From an uncultured archaeon (GTDB lineage: Archaea; Asgardarchaeota; Lokiarchaeia; Sigyniarchaeales; SOKP01): a stretch of DNA of 18,709 nucleotides. The notes below the pieces were generated by a model. It did not search any database and was not told where the DNA came from. It was given only the letters and a program-made list of their open reading frames with translations. The stretch lies in contig CAZBPC010000068.1 of assembly GCA_964493715.1 (NCBI GenBank), positions 1-18,709 on the forward strand, given 5' to 3'. The position numbers were made by a program, and so were the translations under genes. How positions within the stretch are numbered: the stretch's first letter is position 1; every line of letters starts with the position of its first letter. This document shows, one piece after another, positions 8,297 through 17,009 of this stretch.

Positions 8297-9409
8297 ATGC
8301 GAGAACGATCTATAATATATGTTTTAACAGTTGCCTTAATTGGAATGATTATTGGATTTAGTGCTGGACTTTTTATCATAGGTCAGCCTGAAACACCTAT
8401 TAGACTTAGTGGGGCGGGAGCTACGTTTCCAGCACCCTTATATCAAAAATGGTCTTTAGAATTCGATAGTCTTACTGGTATTCAAGTAGATTATGAAGGG
8501 ATTGGAAGTGGTGGAGGTATTACTCAGCACACAGCAAAAACAGTTGATTTTGCAGCTACAGATCCACCGATGAAAGAATCTGAATGGCTAGCGGCACCGA
8601 ATACTTTACATCTACCTATGACAATTGGTTCAGTTGTAGTTGCTTATAACCTTCCAGGAATTGCAATTCCTCTTAATTTAACAGGGCAAATAATTGCTCA
8701 AATATTTGCTAGGTGGATAACTCAATGGAATAACGCTACAATTCAAGCTTTAAATCCGGGAATTTCATTACCAAATCAACCAATAACAGTGGTTCATAGA
8801 TCGGATTCAAGTGGAACGACTGCGGTGTTTACTAGTTATCTATCCGATGAAAGTACAATGTGGAATTCTATGTATGGTGCATCTAAAACCATAAATTGGA
8901 ATCCTGCTACATTAGGTCAAAAAGGAAATTCTGGCATCGCAGCATATCTTCAAACTAATTCATATTCTTTGGGTTATATTGAATTAGCATACGCCCTTGA
9001 AAGCGATATCAATTATGCTTTAATAGAAAATGCAGATGGAATTTACAGTTTAGCTAATTTAACTACAATAGCTGCTGCAGCTGATTATGCCTCATCATCT
9101 TTACCAAATGGGGATCAAAACTGGGAGCCAGTAGGAAGTTATTTTGATCTTGGAACTGGATGTGGAGATGCTTATCCAATTTCTTCATTCTCCTACATGT
9201 TAGTTTATAAAGAATTAAATGTAATTCCTGGTATGACGTTAACAAAAGCGAAAGCTTTAACAAATTGGTTCTGGTGGTGTACTCATCAAGCTCAATCCTA
9301 CTCTGCAGGGTTACACTATGTTGATATACCTGCTACAGTGACAATGATTAATGAGGTAAGTTTACGTTCTATAACATTTGATGGGCAAATTGTTAATACA
9401 TGGCAATAA
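8297..9409 (+). CDS. pstS: Phosphate ABC transporter substrate-binding protein
   Basis: N-terminal TM anchor, GAGATFPAPLY, GIGSGGG, VDFAATD, HRSDSSGTT, LGYIELAYA, AYPISSFSY. Confidence 0.97.
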   Translation: MRERSIIYVLTVALIGMIIGFSAGLFIIGQPETPIRLSGAGATFPAPLYQKWSLEFDSLTGIQVDYEGIGSGGGITQHTAKTVDFAATDPPMKESEWLAAPNTLHLPMTIGSVVVAYNLPGIAIPLNLTGQIIAQIFARWITQWNNATIQALNPGISLPNQPITVVHRSDSSGTTAVFTSYLSDESTMWNSMYGASKTINWNPATLGQKGNSGIAAYLQTNSYSLGYIELAYALESDINYALIENADGIYSLANLTTIAAAADYASSSLPNGDQNWEPVGSYFDLGTGCGDAYPISSFSYMLVYKELNVIPGMTLTKAKALTNWFWWCTHQAQSYSAGLHYVDIPATVTMINEVSLRSITFDGQIVNTWQ

Positions 9410-9440
9410 AAATGTGTATGTTTAAAATTAAAAATTATAA

Positions 9441-9453
9441 TTTATTTTTTTTT
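9441..9453 (+). terminator. Putative intra-operon oligo-T terminator after pstS
   Basis: Run of nine T at 9445-9453 in the 88-nt pstS-pstC spacer. Confidence 0.4.
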
Positions 9454-9497
9454 AGAATCATGTAAAATTAAATTTAATATTTTTCAAGAAAAAAACT

Positions 9498-10511
9498 TTG
9501 ACGGAAGAACAATTATCAATCTCAACAGCAAATAATCTTAAAAATATCAGAAAAAAAATCTTTTCGAAGGAAAAAATTTCTGGAGATTCATTTTTCAAGA
9601 CATTTTTAGGAATCATTACCTTTCTTATATTTGTTATAATAGGATTATTAATTTTAGTCCTAATTATAAATTCTTTACTTTCAATTGAGACTTTTGGTTT
9701 TGGATTTCTATGGGGTACCGAATGGAATCCGACTCCATCAGATCCTAATGCACTTCCAGTTCTTGGGATTTTACCTCCTTTATTAGGAACATTAATTACT
9801 TCATTAATTGCTATTTTGATTAGTTTACCTATAAGTTTAGGAATTGCCTTAATGTTATCTGAATTCACATCAAAGAAATTCAACTTTTGGGTTTCATTTC
9901 TTGTTGAATTGTTAGCAGCAATACCAAGTGTAATTTATGGACTTTGGGGCATTTTTGTATTAATACCATTTTTAAATCAATATATCTATCCCTTTATTCA
10001 AGATATATTTGGCTTTATTCCTATTTTTCAAGGAGCTACTCATGGATATAATATATTTACAGGAGGAATTCTCTTATCAATCATGATAATCCCAACAATT
10101 ACTGCTATTTCTCGAGATATATTTTCAGCGGTTCCAAATAGTCAAAGAGAAGCAATTATAGCATTAGGTGCAACAAAATGGGAATCAAGTAAAATCGTTA
10201 TGAAATATGGACACTCAGGAGTAATAGGAGCTGTAATTTTAGGCCTTGGTCGTGCAATTGGAGAAACAATGGCAGTGACAATGGTAATAGGAAATTCTTT
10301 TAATCTATTTAGCTCGTTATTTGATCCTAGCTACACTTTAGCATCACTAATAGCTAATGAATTCACAGAAGCAAGCTCACCAGAAGTTTATCTTTCTGCT
10401 TTAATTGAAACGGGATTAGTTTTATTAGTTCTTGCTCTAGTTATTAATATTACAGCTAGATTAATAATTAGATTTACTACAAGAAAATTCAAAGGAGTTG
10501 AAACATTTTAA
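9498..10511 (+). CDS. pstC: Phosphate ABC transporter permease PstC
   Basis: VELLAAIPSVIYGLWG, REAIIALGATKWE (EAA loop), GRAIGETMAV; TTG start. Confidence 0.96.
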   Translation: MTEEQLSISTANNLKNIRKKIFSKEKISGDSFFKTFLGIITFLIFVIIGLLILVLIINSLLSIETFGFGFLWGTEWNPTPSDPNALPVLGILPPLLGTLITSLIAILISLPISLGIALMLSEFTSKKFNFWVSFLVELLAAIPSVIYGLWGIFVLIPFLNQYIYPFIQDIFGFIPIFQGATHGYNIFTGGILLSIMIIPTITAISRDIFSAVPNSQREAIIALGATKWESSKIVMKYGHSGVIGAVILGLGRAIGETMAVTMVIGNSFNLFSSLFDPSYTLASLIANEFTEASSPEVYLSALIETGLVLLVLALVINITARLIIRFTTRKFKGVETF

Positions 10512-11365
10512 TGAACATTTCAGAAGAAAGGAGGTTTAAAATTAGAAATTTCAAGAATCATTTAATGATTTCTTTATGCCTTATAGCCCTATTAATTGGG
10601 TTAATTCCATTGATTAGTATATTGTTTGAGGTTATTACCAAAGGAATTAGCCAAATAAATTTTGACTTTTTAACTCAAGAGATCTACCCATTAGGGCAAC
10701 CAGGAGGCGGTATAGGACCTGCAATTCAAGGGACGTTTATAGTTATTTTGATTGCTTGTTTAATAGGGATACCCATAGGGGTTTTTTCTGGAATTTATTT
10801 AGCAGAATATCCTTATAGTAAGATGACATTCATCGCTGGGTTTTTAAACGATATCCTATCTAATATGCCTTCAATTGTTATTGGCATTTTCGCATGGATC
10901 TTAATTGTATCAGTTACAGGATGGTCAATTTTAGCTGGTGGTTTTGCTTTAGGAATAATGATGCTACCTTTAATCACAAAAGCAACAGAAGAATCTATTA
11001 AAATTGTTCCTACTAATCTTCGAGAGGCTGCATTAGCTTTAGGCATACCGAACTGGAAAACCACATTAACAATAACCGTTCCCACGGCGAAAAAAGGGAT
11101 AATAACTGGAATTTTGTTAGCGATTTCTAGGGTCGCAGGTGAAACAGCTCCTTTATTATTAACTATACTCGGGAGTAGATTCTTTTTAACAAGCTTTTTT
11201 GAACCGACAGCAGCACTTCCACTAACCATTTTTAACTCATCTCAATCTCCATTTAAATATATTGACTGGCCAAAAGCATGGGGTGCGTCATTCGTTTTAA
11301 TATTTTTAGTGCTGATAATAAATGTTGCTGTTAGACTTTTAACAAGGGAAAAATTTAAGAAGTAA
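10511..11365 (+). CDS. pstA: Phosphate ABC transporter permease PstA
   Basis: GIYLAEY, PSIVIGIF, LREAALALG, SRVAGETAPLL; TAATG overlap with the pstC stop. Confidence 0.96.
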   Translation: MNISEERRFKIRNFKNHLMISLCLIALLIGLIPLISILFEVITKGISQINFDFLTQEIYPLGQPGGGIGPAIQGTFIVILIACLIGIPIGVFSGIYLAEYPYSKMTFIAGFLNDILSNMPSIVIGIFAWILIVSVTGWSILAGGFALGIMMLPLITKATEESIKIVPTNLREAALALGIPNWKTTLTITVPTAKKGIITGILLAISRVAGETAPLLLTILGSRFFLTSFFEPTAALPLTIFNSSQSPFKYIDWPKAWGASFVLIFLVLIINVAVRLLTREKFKK

Positions 11366-11371
11366 TTTGAT

Positions 11372-12142
11372 ATGAATAAAATACAAGTTGAAAATTTAAA
11401 CGTTTGGTTTAGTAATAAGCATGTTTTAAACGATATCAATTTGAATATTGAAAAAAACAAGGTAACAGCTATTATTGGTCCATCGGGATGTGGCAAAACT
11501 ACATTGATCAGAAGTATGAATAGAATGCATGACCTTCTACCAGATGCGAAAGTGATTGGTTCCATTACAATGGATAACTATAATATTTATGGCAATAACA
11601 ATAAGAATAAATCTATAGATTCGGTGTTAGTTAGAAGGAAAATTGGAATGGTTTTTCAAAAACCTAATCCATTTCCAACTATGTCAATATTTGATAATGT
11701 AATTGCTGGTCTTAAATTAAAAGGAATAAGTAATAAAAAGGATTTAAAAAATTTAGTTCAAAAATATTTAAAATTAACCAACTTATGGGACGAAGTAAAA
11801 GAAGATCTAGATAAATCGGGTATAAGTCTCTCGGGAGGACAACAACAAAGATTATGTATCGCCAGAGCATTAGCAGTAGAGCCTGAAGTAATATTAATGG
11901 ATGAACCTTGTTCCGCTTTGGATCCAATTGCTACTGGAAAAATTGAAAATTTAATTAATGAACTTAAAAAAGAATATACTGTAGTAATTGTAACTCACAA
12001 CATGCAGCAAGCTGCGCGAATTGCAGATTTCACTTGTTTCATATATTTAGGGGAATTGATAGAGTTTGGTAAAACTACTCAAATTTTTGAGAATCCTCAA
12101 AATCAGTTAACTGAGAATTATATAACAGGAAGATTTGGATAG
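11372..12142 (+). CDS. pstB: Phosphate ABC transporter ATP-binding protein
   Basis: [52 protein letters not shown]-terminal YITGRFG. Confidence 0.98.
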   Translation: MNKIQVENLNVWFSNKHVLNDINLNIEKNKVTAIIGPSGCGKTTLIRSMNRMHDLLPDAKVIGSITMDNYNIYGNNNKNKSIDSVLVRRKIGMVFQKPNPFPTMSIFDNVIAGLKLKGISNKKDLKNLVQKYLKLTNLWDEVKEDLDKSGISLSGGQQQRLCIARALAVEPEVILMDEPCSALDPIATGKIENLINELKKEYTVVIVTHNMQQAARIADFTCFIYLGELIEFGKTTQIFENPQNQLTENYITGRFG

Positions 12143-12153
12143 ATGAAATAAAA

Positions 12154-12804
12154 ATGGCAAAAGAATTTCATTTAAATTTAGATTTATTAAAGAAAAAGCT
12201 GAATGAAATGTCAGAATTTGCATTTATCATGCTAGCAGATTCAATTAAGGCTCTTTCAAGCAATGATAAGGAACTAGCTATTAGTGTTGATGAAAAAAAA
12301 GATAAGCTTCGAGGATTTGATATCGAAATCGAAACAAAATCGCTCCAATTAATAGCACTCTATCAACCTATGGCCGTCGATCTAAGGACCATTGCCGCTA
12401 TTTTGAAGATTATTACTTACCTATATCGTGTGGGTCGTTATGGAAAGGATATTGCTGCAGTAGTTTTAGTTTTGAATGACAAATATCCTCTATCAGAGAT
12501 TATAGGAATCCAACATATGTGGGAGCATGTTCAATCAATGTTAGATGATGCCATAGGATCATTTAATACCGCTGATATTTCAAAATTAAAGGGATTTTCT
12601 GAGAGAGATACTGAGATAGATCAATTAAGGTGGAGTATTTTCCGTGAATCCGTTTCTTATATGATGGAAGATCCAAGAAACATAACTATTTCTGCGCATC
12701 TTATGATGATTGCTCGTTATTTAGAAAGATGTGGAGATCATGCTTGCAAAATCGCTGAAAAAGTTTACTATATGGTTACTGGAGATCATATTGAAATAGC
12801 TTAA
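12154..12804 (+). CDS. phoU: Phosphate signalling/transport accessory protein PhoU
   Basis: QPMAVDLRTI, RVGRYGKDIA, ERCGDHACKIAE; last gene of the pst operon. Confidence 0.95.
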   Translation: MAKEFHLNLDLLKKKLNEMSEFAFIMLADSIKALSSNDKELAISVDEKKDKLRGFDIEIETKSLQLIALYQPMAVDLRTIAAILKIITYLYRVGRYGKDIAAVVLVLNDKYPLSEIIGIQHMWEHVQSMLDDAIGSFNTADISKLKGFSERDTEIDQLRWSIFRESVSYMMEDPRNITISAHLMMIARYLERCGDHACKIAEKVYYMVTGDHIEIA

Positions 12805-12907
12805 AGCATACCATAATAGACTAGCAATAATATTTTATGAGTTAGAATTCAAATCAAAAACAATTTTTTAAAACTCTTACTCTTACGGTTAATATTTCAT
12901 TTTATTG

Positions 12908-13615
12908 TCACCTTCGGAGGTATCTCCGAATGGCATCAAAAATTAAGAACAATCCCGCAAGGAAAAAAATAGGAGCGATCAAGCTAATTAAATTATATAA
13001 ATTTTTAAGAGATTCGTTCAATATGGTGAAATCAGATGCATATTCAGCAGTTAAAATGCACCCAAATGCTAGAAAAACAGCTCCAATGCATATTTTTATT
13101 GAATTCTTTATTGATATCTCTTTATTTCTCAAAAAAGAAAAAAAGAATAAAAATGGAATCATAGACGTAACGAGAAAGATTAAAATTAAAGGCAAGCTTG
13201 GAATTTCCAATATGACTAAAATCAAAATAATAGGAAAAAGAACAATTCCCGCGTAATAATGCCTTTCATAGGTGATTCTCCTCATTATTTTCTCTACGTG
13301 GACAATTTTCATAAAAAATGCTGAGAACATGATGAGAATGGTAATTTTGAATAAAAAATAGGAGAGCATATCATTAAACATTATAAAAGGGAAAAATATT
13401 TCTATTGCATTAACGATTCCAATTGAAATGAAAAAGATTATCCAAGAAAAAAGATCGTTATATAAATCAAAATTTTGACTTTTACTGAATTTCTTTGAAA
13501 TATATAGTCTTTCAATTATGATTACAGCAAAGATAAACACACAAACGATATTAAATAGATATATTATAATACTAATAATTGAAATGAAAGAAGCTATAAT
13601 TGGCATAATAATCAA
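12908..13615 (-). CDS. Hypothetical multi-pass (about 6-7 TM) membrane protein
   Basis: Highly hydrophobic 235-aa ORF starting 4 nt after the stop of the upstream minus-strand gene. The start could be the ATG at 13606. No recognisable motif. Confidence 0.72.
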   Translation of the reverse strand: MIIMPIIASFISIISIIIYLFNIVCVFIFAVIIIERLYISKKFSKSQNFDLYNDLFSWIIFFISIGIVNAIEIFFPFIMFNDMLSYFLFKITILIMFSAFFMKIVHVEKIMRRITYERHYYAGIVLFPIILILVILEIPSLPLILIFLVTSMIPFLFFFSFLRNKEISIKNSIKICIGAVFLAFGCILTAEYASDFTILNESLKNLYNLISLIAPIFFLAGLFLIFDAIRRYLRR

Positions 13616-13619
13616 ATAT

Positions 13620-14930
13620 TTATTTGGTATAAAATAGAACTGTAGGAATGAGGTTTCCTATTAGCGATAAGTGATTATTATTTTTTGGGAGATCTACTAA
13701 TGCTCGCGCCATTTTATTAGTTGAGGTTTCTGCAAAGTCTAATTGAAACAATTCTCGATAATTAGAATCATCTGGGGATGAAATAATTTTTTTTTTCCAA
13801 TCTAAACCTAAAGCATTAGCTTGTAATTGTAATCCCGCTAAAGCCATTCCTGCTTCTACTTCAGCCCAGTTTGTAGTATCCATGATTTTACGATGCATAA
13901 AACCGGAACATGGTTTCTTTCTATCAATACATAAAAGGATCATAAAATGGGAACAATCAATATCAAATTTTTCTTTCACATCATCAAAAAGATTTTCTGA
14001 ACTATATTTTTGTAAATAGTGATCATAATATATACTAGAATCTACTTTAATCCATCTCTTTAACGCAGAAAAACCGACTGGATTATAAACATAAGCACCT
14101 TTAGGTAAATTAGAGAGATTTTTTACAAGAATAATGGGATAAACGGCATATCCTGCACACCCAGAAGCATGTACACGACCGAACCCATTCTTTTCTAAAT
14201 TATCCCGGTTTCCATGAGTGCTATGATCATTCTCTCCTTCACATGCCCAGAGTAATTGTGAGATTTCATGCAACATTTTATTATTTTGGTCTCTCTTTTC
14301 GATTTGTTTATAAATGGCACTATCTAAAGAAACACCCTTGTAAACACCCTGATAAAATGCACGATTTTCATAACATTCTGGAGTGTTGAGAAGGTATGAT
14401 CCATCTTCTAATTGCTTTTGGAGAGGTTCTGATGTACCTTGCAAGACAGTATCATCGTTATCTTCCCTAACTGCGACTGAATATAAGCAGACTTGATCTT
14501 GATCTGTTAGTGAATTTATAAGTTTTTCTATCTTTTTAGGTCCTCTGGCCCGCTGTGAAACTCCTAATCCTATGCTTTCTGCCTTCAATGATAGGTATTG
14601 CCAAATAAGTCCCACATCAATTAATTCTTCCAAATCCATTATATCTTTGCGATTTAACTTGGGATATAATTCCATCGTATACCTTGTTTCTTCATCATCA
14701 GATAGTAATACAAGTTCCTTCCCATCAAATGAATAAAGACCCCCTTCATAATCTTTTCCTTTTGGAAGAATAACATATAATAATTTTGAAGGAGCTGCTT
14801 CATGTGCAGCTTTACAAAGCTCTAAAATGTCAGAAAAAGGTAAAATCTGACCAATACCTGAACAATCTTTACGAGTTGCTAAGCATTCTTGTAAAGTAAG
14901 TCTCATAAATATAATGATGATTCTGATCAT
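13620..14930 (-). CDS. Nitroreductase-superfamily (SagB/ThcOx-like) protein with two tandem divergent domains
   Basis: C-half: ISQLLWACEG, GRVHASGCAGY, LPKGAYVYNP, EAGMALAGLQLQANALGL. N-half: LQECLATRKD, GGLYSFDG, DVGLIWQYLSLKAESIGLG. SD-like GAGGAG precedes the ATG at 14930; alternative ATG at 14906. Confidence 0.75.
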   Translation of the reverse strand: MIRIIIIFMRLTLQECLATRKDCSGIGQILPFSDILELCKAAHEAAPSKLLYVILPKGKDYEGGLYSFDGKELVLLSDDEETRYTMELYPKLNRKDIMDLEELIDVGLIWQYLSLKAESIGLGVSQRARGPKKIEKLINSLTDQDQVCLYSVAVREDNDDTVLQGTSEPLQKQLEDGSYLLNTPECYENRAFYQGVYKGVSLDSAIYKQIEKRDQNNKMLHEISQLLWACEGENDHSTHGNRDNLEKNGFGRVHASGCAGYAVYPIILVKNLSNLPKGAYVYNPVGFSALKRWIKVDSSIYYDHYLQKYSSENLFDDVKEKFDIDCSHFMILLCIDRKKPCSGFMHRKIMDTTNWAEVEAGMALAGLQLQANALGLDWKKKIISSPDDSNYRELFQLDFAETSTNKMARALVDLPKNNNHLSLIGNLIPTVLFYTK

Positions 14931-15061
14931 AATAAATTCTCCTCTTAAAAATCAAAAATGATGAATAAAGCACAAATTAGGTGTAATAGAAAACGAGTGT
15001 ATTATAAAATATTTGTAATATCTTATCGTTCTTTTTTAAAATCACACTAATTTACCTAAAC

Positions 15062-15096
15062 AAAACAGGTTAGAAAACCTGTTTCTAACAGGTTTT
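15062..15096. repeat. Interlocked triple inverted repeat (AACAGGTT / AACCTGTT / AACAGGTT)
   Basis: AAAACAGGTTAGAAAACCTGTTTCTAACAGGTTTT contains three overlapping perfect inverted repeats with 9-, 8- and 10-bp arms. Confidence 0.75.
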
Positions 15097-15232
15097 ATGA
15101 AATATTGGATACAAATTGAAGAAAAAGTTAAATTTCCTTAACATATAAATTATAGATAAAATGTTTTTAAGGGAAAATGCCCACTTTTTCAAATAAAACC
15201 AATTTACTTCACATAGTTTTGAGAAATCAATC

Positions 15233-16054
15233 ATGAAAATATTAGAAGAAAATTTCACAATAAAGTGTTCCGATGGGATCGATTTGACGGCATATATTGC
15301 TCGACCACAAGCAAATGGTCAATATCCGGGAATCATTGTGATTCACGAAATATGGGGTTTAAACGATCAAATTAGGGGAGTAGTTAGGCGTTACGCAGAG
15401 CAAGGTTATGTGGTCTTAGCACCTCATCTCTTTAGCAGTCAAGGGAAACTTTTGAACGAAGAAAATATCAGAAAAGCAATGATACCCGTTTTTTCTCTCC
15501 CGCGAGAAAAGAGAAGTGATCCTTCTACTTTAAAAACCCTGATGAAAAATATGTCAAATGCCGATCGGGAAGTCGTTCAAATTCTATTCCTCGAAAGGCA
15601 ATCACTAGAACAAAGTATTATTAGTGAAGCAAAAGATTGTTATCGTTACATTAGTAATCTGCCAATAGTTAATAATGGAAAAATTGGCGTAACTGGTTTT
15701 TGTTTTGGAGGCGGTTTAGCGTTTCATCTCTCAACCTTACTGCCTTTTAACGCATCTGTAATCTTCTATGGCGCAAATCCAAAGTCAATTGACTCTGTAT
15801 CAAAAATAAAGGGACCTGTTCTTGCGATATATGCGGGGGAAGATGAGATGGTTGATGCGGGAATTCCTATACTCGTTCAAGCCATGATTAAATATAAAAA
15901 AACTTTTGCTATGAAACTTTATGAAGGAGTTCAACACGCATTCTTTAATGAAACTAGTTCAGTATATAATAAAGCTGCAGCGGAAGATGCTTGGCAAATG
16001 GTTTTAAATTTTTTCAATAGATATCTAAATATTAAGATGCATTATAAACCATGA
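15233..16054 (+). CDS. Dienelactone hydrolase (carboxymethylenebutenolidase) family alpha/beta hydrolase
   Basis: VIHEIWGLN, GYVVLAPHL, nucleophile GFCFGG, YAGEDEMV (Asp), YEGVQHAFFN (His). Confidence 0.95.
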   Translation: MKILEENFTIKCSDGIDLTAYIARPQANGQYPGIIVIHEIWGLNDQIRGVVRRYAEQGYVVLAPHLFSSQGKLLNEENIRKAMIPVFSLPREKRSDPSTLKTLMKNMSNADREVVQILFLERQSLEQSIISEAKDCYRYISNLPIVNNGKIGVTGFCFGGGLAFHLSTLLPFNASVIFYGANPKSIDSVSKIKGPVLAIYAGEDEMVDAGIPILVQAMIKYKKTFAMKLYEGVQHAFFNETSSVYNKAAAEDAWQMVLNFFNRYLNIKMHYKP

Positions 16055-16191
16055 ATGAAGATAATGGATATTTCCCGGATTTAATTTGGTCATGTTTTGT
16101 TAATTGGCTCAACACACTTGAGAAAGTAGGAGAACTTAAATCATTAGAAGATCAAAGTTTAGATGAAAATTTGGAAAATACTGAACATTAA
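16051..16191 (+). CDS. Putative small acidic protein, 46 aa
   Basis: MNEDNGYFPDLIWSCFVNWLNTLEKVGELKSLEDQSLDENLENTEH*. ATGA overlap with the hydrolase stop codon; below the ORF-track length cut-off. Confidence 0.42.
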   Translation: MNEDNGYFPDLIWSCFVNWLNTLEKVGELKSLEDQSLDENLENTEH

Positions 16192-16259
16192 TAATTATCC
16201 TTTTATTGTAGCAGCATTTTTAATGATCTAACTGATAGTTTAAGTTTAGTTTGTCTCTT

Positions 16260-17009
16260 TTAGACTGATTTTGTTTGCTGATTTGATGATTTCCAAAGCC
16301 GGTTAAATACCAATCTCCCAACTAAATACGCTAATAAAATACCTGCAATCTCGTCTAAAATATAATGTTGTTTTACGAATAATGTCGATAAAATTACTCC
16401 CGCTGCAATGATAAATGTAATGATTGATATGGTGAGTTTCTTCCAATTAGGCTTTAATTTGTAATAACGATACCATGCATAAAAGGTAATAGTTGAAACA
16501 GCGGCATGAAGGCTTGGAAAGCAATTAAAGGAAGTATCAATGTTATATATACTAAAAACTACTTGAGCAAAGAAGCTTCCTTGATATTGGCTTTCATTAG
16601 CTAAAATCTGTTCTCTCCAAACGTATGTAGACACGGGAAAGAAAAGGTAAATGACACCTGCAATTAAGTTAATAATAACTAAAGACCATGCAAACGCATA
16701 ACCTTTTTCCGACTCAATAAACGCAAAATAAGTCATTGAGATAATAGCCATTGGATAAAATAAGTAAACATAGAAAATCACCATTTGAGGAATAAAGGGA
16801 ATGTAGTCATCTCCTAAAAAGTTCAATCGGAATCCTGATCCCAGAGGATAAAGGCTTCCCGTCAAGTCATAGATTATGGTATTTAAAAAGATATAAAATA
16901 TTACCACTATTAAAATAACATCTACGATCATAAAACTAAACCTTTTGCTCCATTTCGTCTCCTTTCCCTTGAAAAAAAGCTTTTCAATACTTTTCTCAAA
17001 CTTTTTCAT
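16260..17009 (-). CDS. PAP2-superfamily membrane phosphoesterase (Aur1/inositol phosphorylceramide synthase-like)
   Basis: Several TM helices with IYLFFP, NCFPSLHAA and STLFVKQHYILDEIAG motifs; GAGG SD-like sequence upstream. Confidence 0.88.
   Translation of the reverse strand: MKKFEKSIEKLFFKGKETKWSKRFSFMIVDVILIVVIFYIFLNTIIYDLTGSLYPLGSGFRLNFLGDDYIPFIPQMVIFYVYLFYPMAIISMTYFAFIESEKGYAFAWSLVIINLIAGVIYLFFPVSTYVWREQILANESQYQGSFFAQVVFSIYNIDTSFNCFPSLHAAVSTITFYAWYRYYKLKPNWKKLTISIITFIIAAGVILSTLFVKQHYILDEIAGILLAYLVGRLVFNRLWKSSNQQTKSV

Noticed and set aside
11587-11610. AAT/AAC/AAG-rich microrepeat in pstB (GNNNKNK)
   Set aside because: Short in-frame low-complexity loop insertion; no sign of phase variation.
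9063-11927. Minus-strand ORFs 9063-9263, 9458-9883, 10813-11229, 11242-11565 and 11712-11927
   Set aside because: Antisense shadows of the well-supported pstSCAB genes.
12930-13256. 108-aa Lys/Ile-rich plus-strand ORF
   Set aside because: Expected antisense product of a Phe/Leu/Ile-rich membrane protein gene.
12908-16191. RiPP (azole-peptide) cluster built around the SagB-like gene
   Set aside because: No YcaO/E1 cyclodehydratase or transporter, and the 46-aa ORF lacks a Cys/Ser/Thr-rich core.
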